Shown: positions 1-9,944 of the stretch, piece by piece
Layout of the letters: each line of letters begins with the position of its first letter
Position numbering within the stretch: position 1 is the first letter of the stretch
DNA from: an uncultured Duodenibacillus sp.
GTDB taxonomy: Bacteria > Pseudomonadota > Gammaproteobacteria > Burkholderiales > Burkholderiaceae_F
Length of the DNA: 64,000 nt
Direction of reading: 5' to 3'
Assembly: GCA_944390715.1 (NCBI GenBank)
Contig: CALXQS010000007.1
Coordinates: 21,467 to 85,466, forward strand
Position numbers and translations under genes: made by a program
Notes under the pieces: model-generated
Told to the model about the DNA's origin: nothing
The model's database searches: none
Seen by the model: only the letters and a program-made list of their open reading frames with translations

Positions 1-437
1 ATGCCGGTGATTTCGGCAATTTTTCCAGGAACATCTTTGACTGGGCAGGCGATGAGCTCCCATTGACCGTTGTTGGAATTAAAGCGCGCAATTTCATGCT
101 GCGCCGACTGCAGATTGCCGTCGGCCTTCCCGCGGGCGCGGCGCTGACTCCAGCGGGCGCGGTAGCGCTTTTGAGCCGCTTCAAAGGTCACCTCCGAGAC
201 GCACTCTCCCGTGCCCCGCGTCATGACTTCGTTGTCTGAGACTGAAATGTGGCCCTGACGCGGCGTGCATTGATAAAGCGCAAGCGAAATGGCATCGAGC
301 AGCGTTGATTTTCCTGCGCCCGTAGGACCGCAGATGGCAAAAATGCCGTTTGCGGCATAAACCGGATCCTCGAGGTTGACCTCCCAGCGTCCTTTGATGG
401 AATTGAGGTTTGCAAGCGAGATTTTGAGTATTCGCAT
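1..437 (-). CDS. sbcC: Exonuclease SbcCD subunit C, N-terminal part (runs off the window edge; absent from ORF track)
   Basis: Manual translation from ATG at 437: MRILKISLANLNSIKG...IFAICGPTGAGKSTLLDAISLALY (Walker A); lies directly downstream of sbcD. Confidence 0.9.
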   Translation of the reverse strand, partial: MRILKISLANLNSIKGRWEVNLEDPVYAANGIFAICGPTGAGKSTLLDAISLALYQCTPRQGHISVSDNEVMTRGTGECVSEVTFEAAQKRYRARWSQRRARGKADGNLQSAQHEIARFNSNNGQWELIACPVKDVPGKIAEITG

Positions 438-458
438 AAAAAATTCGATCGATCAAAC

Positions 459-1733
459 TTAGGGGACTGCTGATGGAGACGATGGCGCTTTTTCGTTCTG
501 CGACGGGCTTGTTTCGTTTTCTAGTTCAAAAAGAACCTCGTCGTGCGCGGCAATGAGGCGGCTGCGGTCTTTTTCGGAAAAGCCGTCTGCTGCGCGCTCA
601 AGCCTCAGCGAGAACATGGCCTTTGGCGTGATTGTGTGCACATCGCTGATTTTGTCTGCTGCGCTGATGCGATTTTGCGCTGCGGCGCGGCTCATGACTC
701 GAACGAGCACGACGGGGCTTGAATCTAAGGCATCGCGGCAGTCCTCAGCTAGCTTTGGAGCATAGGGTCCTTGATCATGAACAACTTCGCAGAACATGGG
801 AACATTCTCGCTGGCTAGAGCCGAGAGCCGCGCGAGGATTTCGTCGGCAGTGCCGCAAACCTGCTCGAGTCGGTCAAAACACGGCACTTCGAGAAGTTCA
901 ATGCGGGCAGGTTCTCCTGCTTTTTCAAGGTCGACGAGCACGACGGATTTGTTTTTGCTTTCGCCGAAGTCAAGCGCCAGAGGCGAGCCCGCGTAGCGGC
1001 GGGATTCATTTTCTGCCACGCACTGCGCTCGGTGCAGGTGCCCCAGGGCGAGATAGTCGATCGTCTCGGGAAAGATTTCGGCGGGGATTTGTCCGAGGCT
1101 GCCGATGTAGAGCGAGCGCTCTTCAGTGCCGCAAGAGCAGCTTGCGGCAAAAAGGTGTCCGGCAGCAATTAAGGGAATGTCGGGGGCAAGAGCTTCTTTG
1201 CGAAGCTTGTCAGCTGCGGAAACGACCACTTCGTAATGCCTGCGGGTGCCTTCAATGACCTGTTGGTCTTTTTCTTCGTCGGTTTCATGCTCGATGCTTG
1301 TGCGGATGTCGGCCTCTCTGAGGTAGGGGACAGCTGCGACGACGGCTTCAGGGATGCCGCTCGGGTTTTTTAGAAGAAAGACCTCCTGAGCAGGATCAGA
1401 GCAGGCTGCGCCGACCACCACAACGCCCATGGCGCTCAGCAGCTTTTGCGGCGCGTTGAGAAAAGAGGCCGAATCGTGATTGCCGGAAGTGATGACGACG
1501 TGCCTGCAGTTTGTTTGAAGCTTGACTGCAGTCAGGAAGTCGTAATAGAGGTTTTGAGCGGCGTGCGAGGGCGTGGCTGAATCGAAGACGTCGCCCGCAA
1601 TTAAGAGGCACTCGACGCTGTTGACTTTGATTTGTTCAAGCAGCCAGGCCAGAAGCTTTTCAAAGGCTTCGTCGCGGCGCGCGCCGTAAAGCGTTCTGCC
1701 CAAGTGCAGATCCGAAGTGTGAAGAATGCGCAT
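459..1733 (-). CDS. sbcD: Exonuclease SbcCD subunit D (metallophosphoesterase)
   Basis: ILHTSDLHLG, AGDVFD, SGNHDS, GHL, LGHLH motifs; adjacent to sbcC. Confidence 0.95.
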   Translation of the reverse strand: MRILHTSDLHLGRTLYGARRDEAFEKLLAWLLEQIKVNSVECLLIAGDVFDSATPSHAAQNLYYDFLTAVKLQTNCRHVVITSGNHDSASFLNAPQKLLSAMGVVVVGAACSDPAQEVFLLKNPSGIPEAVVAAVPYLREADIRTSIEHETDEEKDQQVIEGTRRHYEVVVSAADKLRKEALAPDIPLIAAGHLFAASCSCGTEERSLYIGSLGQIPAEIFPETIDYLALGHLHRAQCVAENESRRYAGSPLALDFGESKNKSVVLVDLEKAGEPARIELLEVPCFDRLEQVCGTADEILARLSALASENVPMFCEVVHDQGPYAPKLAEDCRDALDSSPVVLVRVMSRAAAQNRISAADKISDVHTITPKAMFSLRLERAADGFSEKDRSRLIAAHDEVLFELENETSPSQNEKAPSSPSAVP

Positions 1734-1847
1734 GAAAGGCTTGAAAATGAAGGTTGATTTCTGCGCACTATAGCCCGAAAGACAAGACGACCGAGAGGTT
1801 TTGAGAAAAAGCGGAGCGCTTCGGCTGCCGGCAAAATAAAGACCTGC

Positions 1848-2969
1848 TTAGAGGCAGGCTTTCCACCAGCGCAGCTGATAGTCGTCCAGACGATCGAGCG
1901 CCACTGCTTCACCGATGCGCGGCGTCACCAGCGTCAGTCCCAGAGCCTTGGCGCTTGCCTCGGCCGTCTGCAGAGGATCGCTCCAGCTGTGACGGCTGAG
2001 ATCAAATTTGCTGTTGTGGCAGGGCATGACAGCCCGGGCGCCCAATTCGAAGGCAGCCTTGCGCCAGTAGTGCGGCATGAGGTGAATGCCTGCCCAGTCC
2101 GGGTTGTACTGACCGTCTTCCAAGACGGCGAAATCAATGCGCGGCCACATTTCTCCGATCTGAGCAAAGTGCTTGCCGTAGCCGCCGTCGCCGGACAAAA
2201 AAATCGTCAAGCCGTCCAGTTCCAGCATGAAGCTGGCCCACAGCGTCGTGTTGCGCTTGGTGCTGCGGCCGGAAAAATGCTGAGAGGGCAGACACGTGAT
2301 CAAGCCTCGTCCGAGAGCAGTTTTTTCTCCCCAGTCAAGTTCTGTGATGATGTCCGGATCGTACCCCCAGTGTTCAAGATGCGCTCCTACGCCGAGAGGA
2401 CAAATTACGCGAGAGACTCTGTCGCGAATGGACTTGACGGTCATCATGTCCAGATGGTCATAGTGATCGTGCGTGAGCAGCAAGACGTCCAGAGCCGGAA
2501 TATCCTGCGGCTGATGGATATCTGAACCAGGAAACGGCTTAAAAAATCCTCCGATGGGAAAACAGGCGTGCAGCGCTGGGTCGACCGCGATGGAAAGCCC
2601 TGCCAGGCGCAGAAAAAAGCCGGAGTGTCCAAACCATGCAAAGCTTCCGTCAGGGAGGTCCCCAAGCGGCGTTTTGAGCGAGGGGATCGGACGTTGCGGG
2701 CGCTGAGCGGATTGATCTTCAAAGAGAAACGCCAGCATTTTTTCAGTGCGGCCGTCGCGATCAATCGGATCCACAACAGGCTCAAGGTTGCGGAAAGCAC
2801 CGTTGGAAAAATTAGGCGAGGCTTGAATGCGTTCAAGCCTTTTGCCTGAGGGCGTGCCGCCAAAAGCGTCGAGCGCTTCAGCGCCGGTCTTGATGACGGC
2901 AGCGGCCGCCCCAGTTGCTGCAAGGGCGGCGCAGGAAGCGATCAAAGTACGGCGGCTCAGCTTGGACAT
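1848..2969 (-). CDS. Tat-exported metallo-beta-lactamase-fold hydrolase (RomA/NAPE-PLD-like)
   Basis: SRRTLI twin-arginine signal; WFGHS, THDHYDHLD (HxHxDH), QHFSGR, GDGGY, PCHN motifs. Confidence 0.85.
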   Translation of the reverse strand: MSKLSRRTLIASCAALAATGAAAAVIKTGAEALDAFGGTPSGKRLERIQASPNFSNGAFRNLEPVVDPIDRDGRTEKMLAFLFEDQSAQRPQRPIPSLKTPLGDLPDGSFAWFGHSGFFLRLAGLSIAVDPALHACFPIGGFFKPFPGSDIHQPQDIPALDVLLLTHDHYDHLDMMTVKSIRDRVSRVICPLGVGAHLEHWGYDPDIITELDWGEKTALGRGLITCLPSQHFSGRSTKRNTTLWASFMLELDGLTIFLSGDGGYGKHFAQIGEMWPRIDFAVLEDGQYNPDWAGIHLMPHYWRKAAFELGARAVMPCHNSKFDLSRHSWSDPLQTAEASAKALGLTLVTPRIGEAVALDRLDDYQLRWWKACL

Positions 2970-3085
2970 AGATGCAGGGGCGATTAAAAAAGTTCATATC
3001 GATAAGGCCCCAACTCTACTGAGTTTGCCGTGTGCACGTCATTCAATTTGCAAATTTGAACAAAATGCGCACGAGACTGCTACGG

Positions 3086-3493
3086 CTAGTACAAAGTGCG
3101 TCTGGCTGCAAGGTGCCGCTGCAGTTCGCGGACGACTTCGATGTCGGCGGGAAGCCAAGAAACGCTCTCTAACTGGGACTCCTCAAGCCACGCCATGGCT
3201 TCATGTTCAACGAGCTCGATCGTTCCTGCCGTGATGACCGAAAAGAAGCAGTGCATGGTGAGATGAAACGTCGGGTAGTCGTACTCAACGGTCATCAACA
3301 GCTTCTCGGGCTTGATCGTGATGCGCAGCTCTTCTTTGATTTCGCGGATGATGGCCTCTTCGGGCGTTTCGCCGGGCTGCATTTTTCCACCCGGAAACTC
3401 CCAGCCGTCCTTGAATTCGCCGTAGCCGCGCTGCGTGGCGAGGATTTTTCCGTTGTCGTGAATAATGGCGGCAACAACTTCGATGGTTTTCAT
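3086..3493 (-). CDS. Nudix hydrolase (MutT-like)
   Basis: Nudix box WEFPGGKMQPGETPEEAIIREIKEEL; ATG at 3493 (MKTIEVVAA). Confidence 0.88.
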   Translation of the reverse strand: MKTIEVVAAIIHDNGKILATQRGYGEFKDGWEFPGGKMQPGETPEEAIIREIKEELRITIKPEKLLMTVEYDYPTFHLTMHCFFSVITAGTIELVEHEAMAWLEESQLESVSWLPADIEVVRELQRHLAARRTLY

Positions 3494-3508
3494 ATTCTTC
3501 TCAAACAA

Positions 3509-6466
3509 TTAATTCGTCAGGTAGGTATAGATGTCTTTTCTCACGGGTTCGCTGAGCCTGTAGCGAATTTCAAAAGCAGGTGTTTTTTCTTCAAGCACGA
3601 TTGGTTCGGGAGCGCCTTCAGCGCAAACTTCGCCAAGAAAATAGAAGGCTTTGGTTTCGTTGTCGTCCTTGTTTTTGCGCACGAAAAGAAAGATGCGGTT
3701 TTGTTTGTCTTCTTCGCACCGCTTGTAGATGTGGTCAGCGTCCGTTGAGTCCGTTCTGCGGTTTGTTTTGGAGAGCGCAATGAGGCTTTGCTGCGACTCG
3801 AAGTGATCGTGGTACTGGATGGCGTCTTCAGATTTGTCGTAATTGATGAAGACCGGAAGCGTACGCGTATTTTTGTCGTAGCGGTAGCCCCCGATATTGG
3901 TCGCAGGCATGTTTTGCTCCCAATTCAAAAGCCTGCAGACGTCATCGTACGTGTATCTCTCGTAGAGCGTGAATGCTGTATCGCGGTAGCTCTTGCTGAA
4001 GCGCTTTTGGTAGCGGTCAAAAATAAAGGCAATCAAATCGGCAAGATGATGTCTGAGATCAGGCTGCGCGTCAATCAAGGATGCGAAGACAGGGTGCGCG
4101 CGCCAAGTTTCGTCCGCATCGATTGCAATGAAGACGCAGTTGGGTGTTTTGACTTTTTCGTTGACGTTGCGCGCAAAGTTGTTGGTGAGCACGTTGCGGC
4201 AATTGACGAGATGTGCTTTGTCAAAAGAAATTCCTGCGGCCTGAAGTCTCGCGCAGAGAATTTGTTTGAGGTCCAGATCCCCGCGGCCATTGAGGATTTC
4301 CTGCAGAACAATTGCTTCAGAGATGCGCTGTGCGCTGCCGATTTTTGAACTGAGATAGGCCAATATTTCAAGACCGGCATCGCTGATGGCAGGATTTTCT
4401 TCGGAGCTGTCCTTGTTGGGCAAGGACAGCAAAAACTGCGCATAAGAGCGCGTCTTGGCGGAGAAAAATTTAACGGCATCGATTGAGCCGTGTTCATCAA
4501 AATCACGCAGCGACGGCACGCGGCCGAGCTGGTACTTCAGCAGTCGGTAGGCATTTCTGAGTTCGGCCATGGAGTTGGTGCGCGCCGCATCAATGGCTTT
4601 GAAAATGCGCTCGCGAGCGATGACATCGAAATGAATGGTTGAATTGCCGGGAATCGTGTTGGCAATGAGCGTTTTGCGCATCGAGTCTTTTTGGTAGGAC
4701 CGATCGCCCGACAGCGCTACCGGGATCATGTAGTTGTTGTCGTAGTTTCCAATGAAGTCAATGACCACCAGATATTCTTTTCCCGGTGATTTGCGCAGTC
4801 CTCGGCCAAGCTGCTGAATGAAGACGATCGGACTTTGCGTCTGTCTAAGCAATACGACCTGATTGACTTCGGGAATGTCGACGCCCTCATTGAAAATGTC
4901 GACGGTGAGAATGTAGTCGAGCTCGTCGCCGCTGTCGGCGGTAAGTTTAGAGATCGCTTCTTCGCGTGTTTGCTGTGGGTCTTCTCCAGACAAGGCGAGC
5001 GTGCGCAGTCCTGCGGCATTGAATTTTCGGGACAGCTCCTGGGCTTCTTTATTGGTGCTGCAAAACATCAAGCCTTTTACGCGTGTTCCGCTGTAGCCAA
5101 AGAGCTTGACCTGCCTGAGAATGTGTCTGACGCGCGCATCGCTCGTGAGCTTGGAAAAATCAGCAAGATCTCCTGGCTTGAGGTTGTCGTCAACAAATTC
5201 CGTGATGCCGAAATAATGAAAGGGACACAGCAGATTCTGTTCAAGCGCTTGCTGCAGCCGCAAATCGAGCAGGATCTGGTGATTGAACATCGCATAGATG
5301 TTTTCATCGTCGGGGCGATCCGGCGTTGCCGTCATGCCAAGCCACAAACGCGGCTTGTAGTAGCTCATGATCTGCTTGTAGCTTTGCGCGCCTGCGCGGT
5401 GCACTTCATCAATGACGATGACATCGAATGAATTGGCCGCAAAGACTGAAGGCGAGAGATTTTTGACCATGGTCTGCATGGTCGAAAAGACGACGGCTTT
5501 GCCGCTGCGAAGCTGCAGCGCGGATTTGTCCTGAGAAATGAGAAAGCCGTAGCGCATGTCCCGTCCGAGCACTCGCTTGTAGCTGTCGCAGGATTTGCGC
5601 GCGATTTGCTCGCGGTGAACCAAAAACAGAACGCGCGACGGATTGAGCGATTTGACGGCAAAAGCCGAGGCAAACGTTTTGCCTGTGCCGGTTGCGGAAA
5701 TCAGCAGGCCGCGTCTGTCGAGGCCGACATTCTCGGGCATCTGCATCAGCGAGATGATCTTTGCCATCAGGCTTTTTTGCATGCCGTTGGGCGTGATGCG
5801 CTGCGAGTCGGCAATGGGAGCGACATCGGCACCGAGATCGTGCCGCAGCTGCTTTTGTCGGGCATAAGCCTGCTGATAGTCTTCGATGGCATCTCTGATG
5901 GGCAGCGTCAATGGACTGGACCACAGATTTTCAAATTCTGCACGCACGCACTGGGCCATCTCGCCTTTTTCTGCGGCAATCAGCTTGACATTCCATTCAT
6001 GGTTGGTTTTGAGCGCTGCGCCCGTGAGGTTGGAGCTGCCGATGATGAAGCGGCTCTGCGTGCCGTTTTGGAAAATATAGCCTTTGGTATGAAAGCCCTG
6101 AGCCGATGCGTCTGCTTTTGACGTGCAGAACATCCTGACTTCAATGTTGTCGAATTCCCGAAGCTTTTCCAGCGCTTTCGGCTCTGTAAAGGTGAGGTAG
6201 TCTGTTGTGAGAAAGCGTCCCGGGATGCCGCGCTGCTTGAGTTCTGAGAGCGTTTGCAGCAGCGGCGTGAGGCCGGACATCGTCACGAAGGCTACCGTGA
6301 TGCAAAAAGAAGAGCAGCTTCTGAGCTCTTCTTCAATGGCATTGAGAACGCAGCTGCCCGCAAGCGATTCGTTGACCAGAAGCTGCGCTCGGCAGCTTTC
6401 CTCCGAGTCTTCGGATTGATCTAGAAAGGAGGTCTTTAGTCCGGCGAGAAGCTTGAGGCTGTACAT
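3509..6466 (-). CDS. PLD nuclease + SF2 helicase + DUF3427 protein (SauUSI-like type IV restriction enzyme); ORF is open to 6550, so start is uncertain
   Basis: PLD HxK motif FHTKGYIF...GSSNLT; Walker A ATGTGKT, DEVH, MTATP, QQLGRGLR; C-terminal ~250 aa domain resembling DUF3427. Confidence 0.85.
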   Translation of the reverse strand: MYSLKLLAGLKTSFLDQSEDSEESCRAQLLVNESLAGSCVLNAIEEELRSCSSFCITVAFVTMSGLTPLLQTLSELKQRGIPGRFLTTDYLTFTEPKALEKLREFDNIEVRMFCTSKADASAQGFHTKGYIFQNGTQSRFIIGSSNLTGAALKTNHEWNVKLIAAEKGEMAQCVRAEFENLWSSPLTLPIRDAIEDYQQAYARQKQLRHDLGADVAPIADSQRITPNGMQKSLMAKIISLMQMPENVGLDRRGLLISATGTGKTFASAFAVKSLNPSRVLFLVHREQIARKSCDSYKRVLGRDMRYGFLISQDKSALQLRSGKAVVFSTMQTMVKNLSPSVFAANSFDVIVIDEVHRAGAQSYKQIMSYYKPRLWLGMTATPDRPDDENIYAMFNHQILLDLRLQQALEQNLLCPFHYFGITEFVDDNLKPGDLADFSKLTSDARVRHILRQVKLFGYSGTRVKGLMFCSTNKEAQELSRKFNAAGLRTLALSGEDPQQTREEAISKLTADSGDELDYILTVDIFNEGVDIPEVNQVVLLRQTQSPIVFIQQLGRGLRKSPGKEYLVVIDFIGNYDNNYMIPVALSGDRSYQKDSMRKTLIANTIPGNSTIHFDVIARERIFKAIDAARTNSMAELRNAYRLLKYQLGRVPSLRDFDEHGSIDAVKFFSAKTRSYAQFLLSLPNKDSSEENPAISDAGLEILAYLSSKIGSAQRISEAIVLQEILNGRGDLDLKQILCARLQAAGISFDKAHLVNCRNVLTNNFARNVNEKVKTPNCVFIAIDADETWRAHPVFASLIDAQPDLRHHLADLIAFIFDRYQKRFSKSYRDTAFTLYERYTYDDVCRLLNWEQNMPATNIGGYRYDKNTRTLPVFINYDKSEDAIQYHDHFESQQSLIALSKTNRRTDSTDADHIYKRCEEDKQNRIFLFVRKNKDDNETKAFYFLGEVCAEGAPEPIVLEEKTPAFEIRYRLSEPVRKDIYTYLTN

Positions 6467-6562
6467 GGCGGCAACAGGCGCAGATGCTGCAAAGTCAAAA
6501 AGCAAATGTTTTTCGATCGGCAGCTTAACATTGAGTGCGCGCAGATGCACGCTTTTTGCATC

Positions 6563-7465
6563 TCATTTTTCTTTTGGAGCGCCTCGCACGAGAACGTCGA
6601 TGAGAGGTTTCAGCCACCGGCTCTGCTCGCGATGCTTGGCCGAAACGGCAATTCTCAGGCGCCTTTGCGCCCAGGCGTTGGTGAGCTTGATGATGCGCGC
6701 ATGCTTGAGTTCAAAAGCACGTGCTGCAGCGCCGCTTAAAACTGCAATTCCGGCCCCCTGAGAGACCAGGCCGGTCAGAAGCGACTGCTGTCCGACCTGC
6801 ACGCGAGGAACGATTTTGCAGCCCTGCATGCGGGCCTTTTCAAAGATAAAGCGCTGCATTGCGCTTGTGTTTTCCAGACAGACGAACTCATAGTCAAGGC
6901 TTTGCGCAAAATCAATCGCATCGAACTGCGCCAAAGGATGATCTTTGGGCGCAATGACAACGAGCTCATCGTTTCTGTACGGGATGAACTCAAGATTAGG
7001 AAAGGTTCCGCAATAGGCTCCGATGCCGATGTCGGCGCGATTTTCTGAAACCATCTGCACCACTTCTTCAGAGCTTCGCTGTTCGAGCTGAACGTTGACG
7101 GCAGGATATTCAACTAGAAACTGAGCAAGACTTGCAGGCAAAAAATCAAAGGATGCGCCGTAGTTGGCGGCCATGCGGATCACGCCGGCTTCGTGTCGAG
7201 CGTAGGGCAGCAGCTCCTTTTGCATCTGCTCTATTTCTCGGTAGATGCGCTTGGCGTAAAGATTGACGATTTTTCCTGCTTCCGTGAGCTCCACTCCGCG
7301 AACGCGTCGAATGAGAAGCTGCACCTTGAGGGCCTCTTCAAGGTTTTTGATGTGGCTTGATGCGCTAGAGGGAACAATGTTGACGCGCCGGGCTGCGCGC
7401 GTGAGGTTTTCTTCGTCGGCCGCAGCTGAGAGCACTTGCAGGTCTGTTAGTGAAAAGTGTTGCAT
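6563..7465 (-). CDS. LysR-family transcriptional regulator
   Basis: N-terminal HTH (LTDLQVL..NLTRAARRVNIVPSSASSHIKNLEE..LLIRRVRGVELTEAG); divergent from the flavocytochrome gene. Confidence 0.9.
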   Translation of the reverse strand: MQHFSLTDLQVLSAAADEENLTRAARRVNIVPSSASSHIKNLEEALKVQLLIRRVRGVELTEAGKIVNLYAKRIYREIEQMQKELLPYARHEAGVIRMAANYGASFDFLPASLAQFLVEYPAVNVQLEQRSSEEVVQMVSENRADIGIGAYCGTFPNLEFIPYRNDELVVIAPKDHPLAQFDAIDFAQSLDYEFVCLENTSAMQRFIFEKARMQGCKIVPRVQVGQQSLLTGLVSQGAGIAVLSGAAARAFELKHARIIKLTNAWAQRRLRIAVSAKHREQSRWLKPLIDVLVRGAPKEK

Positions 7466-7682
7466 GTCGAGAACTCCTATCGTTCGGATTCCACGAATGC
7501 TGAATTAAAAAATTACTGATGGCCAAGAGTATAGAACTAACGAGATAATAAGGCTGGATTCAGCTGAAAATGCTTGTGAAAACAAAGGCGTTGCTTTTTC
7601 AGCAGCAAGCGAACCTAGGAATCCAAAGCCTGCATCAGGCTTTTTTGGGTTCGAAAACAACGAAAAAATCAGGAGAAAAAAC

Positions 7683-9515
7683 ATGAGAAAAAACCGATTC
7701 GCGCTGTTGGCCGGCGCTGCTCTCATGGCAATGACATTTGGCGCATCGGTAAGCGCTGCCGGATTTGCCCCCGACGTCGTCAAGTCTTATTCCCAGGGTG
7801 AGAAGGCATCCTACCTGGCCGGCGCGCACGGCAAGATGGGGCTCAATTGCGAGACCTGCCACGTCGGCGACAAGGTGTCCGATTCGGAAACCGAAATCAA
7901 CGCTAAATGCACGACCTGCCACAATCCTGCAGACCTTGCAAAGAAGACGGAAAAAGAAGGCCTGCCCAATCCTCACAAGAGCCATTTGGGCGATGTGCAG
8001 TGCACGGCCTGTCACTCCGGACACAATCAGTCGGTTGCCTACTGCTCGAACTGCCATGACTTCCCGAGCCTGAAGGACATGAAGTACGGCAAGGGCGCCA
8101 AGGTTGCCAGCCAGTACGAAGATCTTTCGGCTTATGACAACGCCAAGCCCGAACGTACGGAAACGACCGATCTTCTGGTCGTGGGTTCGGGCGCCGCAGG
8201 TTTTGTCGCTGCCTTTACGGCTCAGGAAGCCGGCGTCAAGAACATCGTCATGGTTGAGAAGATGGCGGTGCCCGGCGGCAATAGCCAGCTCGCTGCCGGC
8301 GGCATGAATGCGGCAGGCACTCGCTTCCAGAAGGCAAAGAACATCAACGACAATCCCGACATGATGTTCAAGGACACCATGAAGGGCGGCAAGAATGTGA
8401 GCAACCCGGCGCTCGTCAAGATTCTTGCTGAACGTTCCAATGAATCCATCGAATGGCTCGCCAAGCGCGGCGCAGAACTTTCTCACGTCGGCCTGGGCGG
8501 CGGCGCATCGGCGGCCCGCATGCACGGTCCTGCCGGCGGCGTCTTCGTTGGTCCCTATCTCTCAAAGTTCTTCCGCGAGCATGCCAAGGAAACCAAGCTT
8601 GACCTGAGACTCAACTCCAAGCTCGTCAAGCTCTACACGGACGATAAGGGCACGGTGACCGGCGCCCTCATCAAGGGCAAGCACACCGGTCTGTATCGCA
8701 TCAATGCCAAGGCAGTGGTTCTTGCCACGGGCGGCATTGGTGCCAACAGCAAACTGGTGCAGTCTCTGCGTCCGGACATCAGCGCCGATGTGAAGACTTC
8801 CAATCAGCCGGGCAGCCAGGGCGACGGCATGGTTCTGGCTCAAAAGATCGGTGCTGAAGTTGTCGATGCCAAGGAAATTCAGCTCAATCCGACGCTGCTG
8901 GTCGGCTCGCCTGTGATCATTTCTGAGACCGTTCGCGGCGCCGGCGCCGTCTTCGTCAACCGCGAAGGCAAGCGCTTTATCAGTGAACTGACGACGCGCG
9001 ATGTCACCAGCGCTGCCGTCTCCAAGCAGACGGGCGGCACGGCTTTTGAAATCTTCGACGACAAGGTTCGCAAGAGCGTCAAGCAGACCGGCGCAGCCTT
9101 TGAACTGGGCCTTGCCAAGGAAGGCAAGACGCTGGCTGAACTGGCCAAGAACGCAGGCATTGATCCCAAGAATCTTGAAGCCACGATCGCGCAGTACAAC
9201 AAATACGCCGACGCTGGCAAAGATCCCGACTTCAATCGTCCGGGCATCAATGCCAAGATCAAGGTCGATACGCCTCCGTTCTACGCTATCGAAATCACCC
9301 CCGCCATCCACTACTACATGGGCGGCCTGAAGTTCGACGAGCAGACCCGCGTGGTCAACAAGAGCGGCAAGCCGATCGAGGGCCTTTATGCAGCCGGTGA
9401 AGTCACAGGCGGCGTGCATGGCAAGAACCGTCTGGGCGGCAACTCGATTTCCGAGACGATCACCTTCGGGCGCATCGCCGGTGAAAGCGCCGCTGCCCGT
9501 ATCCTCGGCAAGTAA
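7683..9515 (+). CDS. Periplasmic tetraheme flavocytochrome c (FccA-type fold), substrate uncertain
   Basis: Sec signal; four CxxCH motifs (CETCH, CTTCH, CTACH, CSNCH); VVGSGAAG FAD motif; IHYYMGG and NRLGGNS. Confidence 0.92.
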   Translation: MRKNRFALLAGAALMAMTFGASVSAAGFAPDVVKSYSQGEKASYLAGAHGKMGLNCETCHVGDKVSDSETEINAKCTTCHNPADLAKKTEKEGLPNPHKSHLGDVQCTACHSGHNQSVAYCSNCHDFPSLKDMKYGKGAKVASQYEDLSAYDNAKPERTETTDLLVVGSGAAGFVAAFTAQEAGVKNIVMVEKMAVPGGNSQLAAGGMNAAGTRFQKAKNINDNPDMMFKDTMKGGKNVSNPALVKILAERSNESIEWLAKRGAELSHVGLGGGASAARMHGPAGGVFVGPYLSKFFREHAKETKLDLRLNSKLVKLYTDDKGTVTGALIKGKHTGLYRINAKAVVLATGGIGANSKLVQSLRPDISADVKTSNQPGSQGDGMVLAQKIGAEVVDAKEIQLNPTLLVGSPVIISETVRGAGAVFVNREGKRFISELTTRDVTSAAVSKQTGGTAFEIFDDKVRKSVKQTGAAFELGLAKEGKTLAELAKNAGIDPKNLEATIAQYNKYADAGKDPDFNRPGINAKIKVDTPPFYAIEITPAIHYYMGGLKFDEQTRVVNKSGKPIEGLYAAGEVTGGVHGKNRLGGNSISETITFGRIAGESAAARILGK

Positions 9516-9944
9516 TCTCGCGGCTTGAGCATTGCTGACTTGACCGGCGCAAGGATCTGCCGGTCAAGAGGCAAGCTGAGAAGCAGTCTTTGCCTGAGCC
9601 TCGGACTGATTCAGAAAAAAAATCTGAAGCGATCCGAGGCTCATTTTGCGTTGAAACAAGATCGGTTTGCTGTGCGGCATGCATTGGCCGATATGCCGGC
9701 GTGTCGTTGCACTGCAAGACAAGCGCGGATTGCAGCAGCTGCAATAGAAGCGAACGCGTGCCGCTCAAGCGCGGCTGCAAATTGCTTCCTCGCCAGTCAG
9801 GCAGCTCGCGGGCGAGCGGCCCATCGGCAAAGAGATGCCGCGTATTTTTTCAAGTTATGAATCTGGTTGATATGCGTCAGATTTTGCCTTGCAGTGCGAG
9901 AGTGCTTGGTTTTGCCTCGCCGGCAGGATTTGCCGGCAAGCAAA

